Shown: piece by piece, positions 57,775-64,000 of the stretch
Layout of the letters: every line of letters starts with the position of its first letter
How positions within the stretch are numbered: the stretch's first letter is position 1
Assembly: GCA_052387675.1 (NCBI GenBank)
Contig: JBQTIY010000009.1
Span: 141,804 to 205,803, forward strand
From: Planctomycetota bacterium
GTDB taxonomy: Bacteria > Planctomycetota > B15-G4
DNA: 64,000 nt
Direction of reading: 5' to 3'
Position numbers and translations under genes: made by a program
Notes under the pieces: generated by a model
Told to the model about the DNA's origin: nothing
What the model saw: only the letters and a program-made list of their open reading frames with translations
Database searches by the model: none

Positions 57775-58487
57775 GCACGTCCGACGGCGTCGCGCTGCTG
57801 TCGGTGGTCCTGCCCTGTCGAAATCAAGCCGACCACATCGCAGCCGTGCTGGAGCGCTACCGCGCTCCGCTGGAAGGCCGCGGGCGTCCTTACGAACTCG
57901 TCGTGGTGCCGAATGCGTGTACGGACCGCACTGCGGACGTTGTGCGTGCGCTGGCCCAGCGCTGGGAGGCCGTGCGAGTCATCGAGAGCCAACGCGGGGG
58001 CTGGGGGCTTGCCGTGAAACTCGGCTTGGCGGCTGCTCGCGGCACGACGCTCTGCTACACCAACTCGGCTCGCACGGATCCGCTGCAGCTTGTGCGACTG
58101 CTGGAAACCTACGAGTCCCGGCAGCCGTGCCTGGCCAAGGTGCGGCGTGTGCGCCGCGGAGTCCTTGCGCGTGAACTCGGTTCGTGGCTCTACAACCTCG
58201 AGGGACGGACGCTGCTCGGAATCGGCGCGCGCGACGTGAACGGCACTCCCAAGATCCTCTCGCGGGATGTCTGGCAACGGGTCCAACTCACGGAGGAGGG
58301 GGATCTCATCGACATGGAACTGCTGGCCAAGGTCTCGCGGCTCGGGCTGCCCGTCGTTGAACTGGAAGTGGAGGGCTTTACGCGGCACGGTGGCCGCTCC
58401 AGCACGAATCTGCGAAGTGCCTTGAACATGTACCTGGGTGCGCTGCGGTTGCGTCGCCAGCTCAAGAACTTCACGGCGGCCGCATGA
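57771..58487 (+). CDS. GT2-family glycosyltransferase (DPM/ArnC-like)
   Basis: LSVVLPCRN, NACTDRT, GWGLAVKLG, DVNGTPK, DMELL. Confidence 0.8.
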   Translation: MSTSDGVALLSVVLPCRNQADHIAAVLERYRAPLEGRGRPYELVVVPNACTDRTADVVRALAQRWEAVRVIESQRGGWGLAVKLGLAAARGTTLCYTNSARTDPLQLVRLLETYESRQPCLAKVRRVRRGVLARELGSWLYNLEGRTLLGIGARDVNGTPKILSRDVWQRVQLTEEGDLIDMELLAKVSRLGLPVVELEVEGFTRHGGRSSTNLRSALNMYLGALRLRRQLKNFTAAA

Positions 58488-59737
58488 GGGCGCCGTCCAC
58501 CAGGCCGCGTCCGCCCGGCGCCCGCTTCGCAGACGAAGCGCTTTGGGCGCATCATCATGCCGAGTGGCGTGATCCGACCGAGGTCGTTGTGCAGTGGTCT
58601 GCGCCGGCGCAGACGGATGCGCGCCTGCTCTCGTGGCGTGTGAGCGGAGACTTTTGGGGCGCCCTGGCGAATGCCGGCGGAACACTCGTCGTCACGCGCG
58701 AGTACGAGCACCTCGTGATGGCGCTGGCCGTGCGGCAGGGCCGGCCCAGAGTCTCGTGGATGCCGCTGCCGCACCCGAGCGGTGTGGCCGTGGATCAGCG
58801 GGGCGCTCGGTTCACAGTGGCCAGTACCCGCAATCCCAACCAGCTTTTCGAATTGCGCCCGTGCCGGAGCTGGATGGCGCGATCAGGTGAGCGAGCCGTG
58901 CCCGCTGCACTCCAGGGCGTGCTCCTGCCGGCGCGCAGCGTGACTCTGCCGGGCTGTCTCTACCTCCACGACCTGGCCTATTTGGACGGGGCTCTGCACG
59001 GCAATGCCGTGGCGATGAACGCCGTCGTGCGCATCGCAGCCGACGGATCCGTCAAACCGGTCTGGTGGCCGAGATCCATCGAGGCGCTCGGTGCGCGCGG
59101 CTTCCTGCGCAACTCTCTGCAGCTCAACTCCATCGGCGGCGGCCCCGGTGTGCGCGATGCTTACTTTTCCGCATCCGCTGCCAAGCCCTCGGCGCGCCGG
59201 CCGGGCCACTTGAACTTTCCCGTGGACGGACGCGGCGTGATCTTCTCCGGTCGCACGCGCCGCGTCGTGGCCGAGGGCCTCACGCGCCCGCACTCCGTGC
59301 GCCGGCTTGGCCGCGAGCTCTTCGTGGACAACAGCGGCTACGGAGAACTCTGCCGCATCGACGAGTCTCGCGGCCGCTGCGAGCCCGTGCTGCGTCTGCC
59401 GGGCTGGACGCGTGGCCTCTGCGGCACGGCGCGCGTGGCCTTTGTCGGCACGAGCCGCGTCATCCCGCGCTTTCGGCACTACGCGCCAGGCCTGCAAGTG
59501 CGCGACAGCCTTTGCGGTGTGCATGCCGTGGACCTGCGCAGCGGCGAGGTGCTGGGCAGTCTGCAATGGCCTTCCGGCAATCAGATCTTTGCCCTGGACC
59601 TGTTGGGAACGAGCTTTGACACACCCGGCTTTCCGCTCGAAGTGGGCGCGCGCGGTGCAGCCGATCTGGCGCGGCGCATTTACTTCCTCGGGCGGCCGGG
59701 TCCTAGCCCTCGACGGGCAGGATCTGCAGCGTTCTGA
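58484..59737 (+). CDS. TIGR03032/DUF4915-family protein
   Basis: LHDL, PVWWP, QLNSI, GLTRPHSVR, NSGYGEL, LPGWTRGL, FVGTSR. Confidence 0.75.
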   Translation: MRAPSTRPRPPGARFADEALWAHHHAEWRDPTEVVVQWSAPAQTDARLLSWRVSGDFWGALANAGGTLVVTREYEHLVMALAVRQGRPRVSWMPLPHPSGVAVDQRGARFTVASTRNPNQLFELRPCRSWMARSGERAVPAALQGVLLPARSVTLPGCLYLHDLAYLDGALHGNAVAMNAVVRIAADGSVKPVWWPRSIEALGARGFLRNSLQLNSIGGGPGVRDAYFSASAAKPSARRPGHLNFPVDGRGVIFSGRTRRVVAEGLTRPHSVRRLGRELFVDNSGYGELCRIDESRGRCEPVLRLPGWTRGLCGTARVAFVGTSRVIPRFRHYAPGLQVRDSLCGVHAVDLRSGEVLGSLQWPSGNQIFALDLLGTSFDTPGFPLEVGARGAADLARRIYFLGRPGPSPRRAGSAAF

Positions 59738-61745
59738 AGAGCACGGCCGCCTGGCGCACGCCCTCTTCCCAGCGTGTGTAGTGGAACTGCAGTTCATGCG
59801 GCCCCGGTGACAGGTCCAGCGTGAACTCCAGAGCATCGAAGCGGCTGGGCGCTTCGAAGCGATGGCGTCGCACCTCGCGCCCGTCGAGTGTGATCAGCAG
59901 TTCCTGCTCGGACAGATCGGACTTGCAGTCCAGCACGATGCGCCGTCTGGCCGGCGTGGACGTGGAGAGGTCGAAGCGCGTGGCCGGGCCCACTCCCCAG
60001 CGCACGAGCGGCAATCCCCACTGCGGGTAGGGGCCCTCAAGTTCCCAGAGTCCGCTGACACCGCGCAGTCCTGCGAAGGGCTGCAGGCGTTCGAAAATGA
60101 GCAGCGCCTTGTCGTTGCCAGTCGGCACTCTCAGCGGCGGCAGGAAGGCGCCGTCCGCACGCACGATCGCCAGAGTCTGCGCCTGAAGGTCGGTGCTGAC
60201 GAGACCCGGCGCCGCTTCGGTTTGACCCGGCTCTCCGGCGATCACGATGTCGGCGCGGCGAATGCTGTCCTTGAACACCCCGAGGTCGTGGGTGAAGGGC
60301 GCGTTGTGGAAAGTGAAACCATCGAGGCGATCAACGCGCGCCAGCCAGCGCAGCACATCGGCGTTGACCGAGCCGATGGACGTGAGGAAGACCGTGGTGC
60401 CTGGCCTGCCGCGCATGGCACTGAGCTCGGCGTAAACCTCGTTGACTACACGGCGCGTCGTGGCGGTGCGCTCGGTTCCGGCGGCATCCCAGCGCGGGGG
60501 CCAGCGAAACTCGAGCCCGCCCCAGAGCAGCAGCCCGCCGAGGAGCCAGGCCAGCCAGCGTGGTTCGCGAGCAGGCGTGACGGCTGCCGGTGAGCGCACG
60601 ATCCAGCTCAGTGCCAGCAGAGCGCTGAAGATCAGCAGCCACTGCATCGTGACACCGAAGAACTGCTGCTTCACAGGATTGAGCACGGGCACGGCCAGCG
60701 ACACGGCCATGGCGACCAGCAAAGCTCCTATGCGGGCCAGGGCCGAACGATCACGGCGCAGCGCGAGGCCGACGGTGGCGCCCGCGAGCAGGAGCCCGAG
60801 CGGCAACAAATGTCCGCCGAGCATGACCTGGCCGCCGTAGCCGTCGAGGTAGTAGCGCACCTGCGTCAGCGGTCCGCCGGCCAGGTCGGCGATGGGTTTG
60901 GCGTCGGCGAACTGTGAGTCCCGGATGTACTCCCAGTAGCGCTGACCGCGGAGCACGGCCTGAGGCAACGCCGGCAGGCAGGCCGCGAGCAAAAAGTAGA
61001 TCGCGTGGCGCCAGGGGTGGCTGGCGGGCGCAGCGGCTGAGGCCCGCGTCGCGTCTGACCTTCGTCCAAGCAGCAGCGAGAGCACCAGCGTCACGCCGAG
61101 CAAAGCCAGAGTCAGCGGAAAGATTGAGGGCTTGATGAGCAGGGCGGCGGCGAAGCAGAGTCCGGCCACGATGGCTTGACGCGCACTGGAGCGAGCCAGC
61201 GGGGACTGGATCGCTAAGACGACTCCCAGCGCAGAGAACAGTCCGCAGGCCACGTCGGGCCGAAACTCGACCACCAGTTCGCCGGCAATCGGCACGCTCA
61301 GCACGAAGGCTGCCAGGCAGATTCGCACGCTGGCAGAGGCCTCCGGCCAGAGCCTGCGGAGTGCGAGCAGCAAGAACAGGATCAGCAGGCCGTTGGCGGC
61401 GTAGGGCGCCCATTCGCGTGGCCCCGCGACCGCGAAGGCGCCCATCGCGAGATAGGTGGAGAAAGGCGAGTGCGGCGGGTCCGCCGTGTGCATTGCGATC
61501 AGGCCGCGCAGTCCGTCGTTGTGCAGTCGGTCGAGTCGCTCCAGGCCGTCGAGAAAGTAGGTGACGTCGTCGTAGGAGGGCGGCAGCAGCAGGCGCCCGT
61601 GCTTCATCGAGTGCTGCACCATCACCAGCGTGAACAAGGCTGCGGCGACTGCGCAGACGATCCAGCCCAAGGCTCGGCCTCGTCGCGAACAACTGCCCGG
61701 TGCGGAGTCCGCAGCGCCGAGTGAGCCGTCAGTTGCTCTGGACAT
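59703..61745 (-). CDS. Polytopic membrane protein, GT-C (ArnT/PMT-like) glycosyltransferase candidate
   Basis: First loop YDDVTY, HSP, RPD, ALLIKPS; many TM helices; periplasmic C-terminal domain. Confidence 0.6.
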   Translation of the reverse strand: MSRATDGSLGAADSAPGSCSRRGRALGWIVCAVAAALFTLVMVQHSMKHGRLLLPPSYDDVTYFLDGLERLDRLHNDGLRGLIAMHTADPPHSPFSTYLAMGAFAVAGPREWAPYAANGLLILFLLLALRRLWPEASASVRICLAAFVLSVPIAGELVVEFRPDVACGLFSALGVVLAIQSPLARSSARQAIVAGLCFAAALLIKPSIFPLTLALLGVTLVLSLLLGRRSDATRASAAAPASHPWRHAIYFLLAACLPALPQAVLRGQRYWEYIRDSQFADAKPIADLAGGPLTQVRYYLDGYGGQVMLGGHLLPLGLLLAGATVGLALRRDRSALARIGALLVAMAVSLAVPVLNPVKQQFFGVTMQWLLIFSALLALSWIVRSPAAVTPAREPRWLAWLLGGLLLWGGLEFRWPPRWDAAGTERTATTRRVVNEVYAELSAMRGRPGTTVFLTSIGSVNADVLRWLARVDRLDGFTFHNAPFTHDLGVFKDSIRRADIVIAGEPGQTEAAPGLVSTDLQAQTLAIVRADGAFLPPLRVPTGNDKALLIFERLQPFAGLRGVSGLWELEGPYPQWGLPLVRWGVGPATRFDLSTSTPARRRIVLDCKSDLSEQELLITLDGREVRRHRFEAPSRFDALEFTLDLSPGPHELQFHYTRWEEGVRQAAVLFRTLQILPVEG

Positions 61746-62676
61746 GCTTGCGCTCCTCCATCCAGGCGGCCACCTTGCGCACGCCCTGTTCGAGCGAATG
61801 CGCGGCCGACCAGTTTAGGGTGGACTGCGTCATGCTCACGTCCGCCTGCCAGCGGCGCGCATCCCAGTGGCGGGCCGGCATCGCGCCCCAGTGGACCTCA
61901 CTGCGGCTGCCGGTCACGCGCAGCACGACTTCCACGACTTCGCGCAGCGTCGTCTCGCGCCCCGACCCGAGATTGAAGACCTCGCCGCGACAGGCGGCCA
62001 GCCGCTCGAAGCCGCAGAGCGCATCGAGCACGTCGTCGAGGTAGATGAAGTCGTGGGCCGTTTCCGGGGCCACCATTTCGAGCGGCAGTCCCGCGCGAGC
62101 GCGACGCAGGATCGTCGGGAAAAGCCGGGTGGGCTCCTCCCACGGTCCATAGACCGAGAAGAGCCGAAAGGTCACGACGGGCAGTGCGTGCTGGCGGGAC
62201 AGCAAGGCGCAGAGATGCGTCTGCGCGGCCTTGGCGACGGCGTACAGGCTGTTCGGTTCAAGCCGGTCACTCTCGCGCATGGGTTCGTCACGCCAGCCGT
62301 ACTCGGAGGAACTGCCGGCGTTCACAACCAGCTTCACGCCGTGCTCCTGGCAGGCCGCCAGGAGGTTCCAAGTGCCCACGACATTCGTGGTGAGGATCGC
62401 CGCCGCGTCGGACTGCGACTCGTAGGCACCATAGGCCGCGAGGTGCACGACGACGTCAGGGCGTGCGGCCCTCAGCGCAGCCGACACCGCCGCCCGATCG
62501 GTCAGATTCCCGTCGTGCACGACGAGGCGTTCGCGTATCGAATCCAAGCGCCAGAGCCGAGCCTCCGGCCGCAGCAAGACATGCACTGAATCGCCGCGGC
62601 CAAGCAGCCGCCGCACGAGTCCTCCGCCGATGAAGCCCGAGGCTCCGGTGACCAGGACGCGCCTGGTCTCAGGCAT
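61729..62676 (-). CDS. NAD-dependent sugar epimerase/dehydratase/reductase (extended SDR)
   Basis: TGASGFIG, HLAA, GSSSEYG, YAVAK, FSVYGP, DFIYLDD. Confidence 0.9.
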   Translation of the reverse strand: MPETRRVLVTGASGFIGGGLVRRLLGRGDSVHVLLRPEARLWRLDSIRERLVVHDGNLTDRAAVSAALRAARPDVVVHLAAYGAYESQSDAAAILTTNVVGTWNLLAACQEHGVKLVVNAGSSSEYGWRDEPMRESDRLEPNSLYAVAKAAQTHLCALLSRQHALPVVTFRLFSVYGPWEEPTRLFPTILRRARAGLPLEMVAPETAHDFIYLDDVLDALCGFERLAACRGEVFNLGSGRETTLREVVEVVLRVTGSRSEVHWGAMPARHWDARRWQADVSMTQSTLNWSAAHSLEQGVRKVAAWMEERKHVQSN

Positions 62677-63589
62677 AGCCGAAGGCAGTGAGCAGCGGCC
62701 GAGTGCGGTCGCGGATCTCGTCCTTCTCCTGCGCGCTCAGTTCATCGCCCGTGGCCTGATTGGCCGCCGTCGTCGGCGTGCGGATGGTGCCCCAGGGGTA
62801 GACCTGCTCCAGGACCTTGCCATTCCAGGAAGCACGCGCGAGCGTGGGAGACGGGCCGACGCCCAGCTTGGCCAAAAACTCGCCGAGTACGCGCTGCGGA
62901 TCCACGATGATGTCCTCGAAGCGCAGGATATGCACGCGCTGCGGGTGTGCGGCCGAGAAGTTCAGCGCAGCGAGCTGATGCATGCACCAGCCGGTCATGT
63001 AGTGCGCGATCGAGAGCGGCACGGCGCGCTTCTTGGTGTCGCCGTAGGCCGACCAGGGGTTGCGCACGACGTTGAGCACGTGCGCCTCGGGCATGTCCTT
63101 CACGATTTGTCCGGCATCGACGCCGATGATGGGGCTGTAACCCACGTGCACCTGCTCCTTGCCGGAGCGGCGGTAGTCCTTCCAGGCCTCGCCCGAGGCG
63201 CGATAGAAAGCAGCGACGAGATTGGCGCGCGTGCGCGGCTTGCCCTGCATCTGGGCGACGAAGAGTCGCTTGCGCTCCTTGTCGTCCATCTCCATCGGCC
63301 AGTCCTTGAACTTGCTCGACTGCGGCGTCTTGAGCCGCACCTTGCATTCCTCGTCGATGATCAGCTCGTAGTCCTGCTCGACGCTGCCATCGAGCGGGAA
63401 GACCGGCCAGCGGTACTTCACCGGATAGAGCGAGGAGAGGAAGTCCACGACGAGGCGCGTGCCGGGCTGCGACTCAAAGGGATAGCTCTGCAGCTCAGGG
63501 TGCCCGTCGAGCAGGCGCTGGGTGGTGTTGCCGCCGTTCTCGTACATGGCCGAGATCATCAGGAGGCGGAAAGGGCCGTTGGCGGTCAT
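62669..63589 (-). CDS. Divergent sulfotransferase-fold protein
   Basis: QRLLDGHPEL, VVRNP, LRFEDI..DP; atypical PSB loop (AMYENGGNT). Confidence 0.6.
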   Translation of the reverse strand: MTANGPFRLLMISAMYENGGNTTQRLLDGHPELQSYPFESQPGTRLVVDFLSSLYPVKYRWPVFPLDGSVEQDYELIIDEECKVRLKTPQSSKFKDWPMEMDDKERKRLFVAQMQGKPRTRANLVAAFYRASGEAWKDYRRSGKEQVHVGYSPIIGVDAGQIVKDMPEAHVLNVVRNPWSAYGDTKKRAVPLSIAHYMTGWCMHQLAALNFSAAHPQRVHILRFEDIIVDPQRVLGEFLAKLGVGPSPTLARASWNGKVLEQVYPWGTIRTPTTAANQATGDELSAQEKDEIRDRTRPLLTAFGYA

Positions 63590-63644
63590 GGAGCAGCAGT
63601 CCCCGAGTCAGTGGTCATGGTGGACCGCCGAGCGGTCGCGTGCC

Positions 63645-63720
63645 TGGAGCGGGTGACCGGGATCGAACCGGCGACATTCAGCTTGGGAAGCTGACACTCT
63701 GCCAACTGAGTTACACCCGC
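63645..63720 (-). tRNA. tRNA-Gly (CCC)
   Basis: Reverse complement GCGGGTG...TCAGC-TTCCCAA-GCTGA...GTTCGATCC...CACCCGC-TCCA. Confidence 0.97.
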
Positions 63721-63811
63721 GAAAGAGACGAAGATAGAGGCCGGTGCCCGGTGGCCGCAAGGGCCGAGCCGCTGCTAGAGTTGCCGCGCCTCCCCTGCGG
63801 CGACCGCCCTG

Positions 63812-64000
63812 TTGAAGATCCTGCACCTCTTCGCCAACTGGAAGTGGACCGGCCCTGCCGAGCCCGCGCTCAACGTGGCTTGGCGGCAGTCGCGCGAGCA
63901 CCAGGTGCTCTTTCTAAGCGGCACCCCTCCCGAAGGCCAGTCGAGCCGCATCACGCCGCAGGCCCAGCAGCGCGGCGTCGCCACTCGCGACGGCTTTGTG
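63812..64000 (+). CDS. Probable GT4 glycosyltransferase N-terminus (runs off window edge)
   Basis: TTG start; MKILHLFANWKWTGPAEPALN...; open to the end of the window. Confidence 0.55.
   Translation, partial: MKILHLFANWKWTGPAEPALNVAWRQSREHQVLFLSGTPPEGQSSRITPQAQQRGVATRDGFV

Overview
Very GC-rich (about 70% by eye) bacterial DNA, probably from a Planctomycetota-like organism. The taxonomy is inferred from a Pro-linker prenyltransferase-repeat protein, FG-GAP secreted proteins and a zinc-ribbon coiled-coil protein. The left half (1-35.8 kb) is mostly housekeeping and metabolism: hbd/crt/thiolase, two cyclophilins, a swivel-first aconitase-family fusion, leuB, tRNA-Phe, ribF, def, rpsT, an LTA-synthase-family enzyme, mfd, peroxiredoxin and bfr. 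A lower-GC type II restriction-modification cassette interrupts this half. The right half holds an ECF sigma/TPR pair, two PLP enzymes, two tandem FG-GAP proteins and a roughly 19 kb ABC-transporter (Wzm/Wzt)-dependent surface glycan locus ending at tRNA-Gly(CCC). Most notable: (1) an in-frame dGTPase-RNase III fusion with both active sites intact; (2) a giant GT4-coiled coil-GT2 protein plus a methyltransferase, sulfotransferases and a split transketolase, suggesting a ruler-controlled, sulfated glycan with an unusual sugar; (3) a LeuC-like pseudoenzyme lacking all Fe-S cysteines, coupled to leuB; (4) an RM cassette whose nuclease carries the MunI/EcoRI GNA(H/I)ER motif, next to a degenerate leuB fragment; (5) a TonB-like SxxxH/poly-Pro anchored prenyltransferase-fold protein. 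No CRISPR array, rRNA, transposase or integrase was seen. All calls come from motif recognition by eye; no searches were run.
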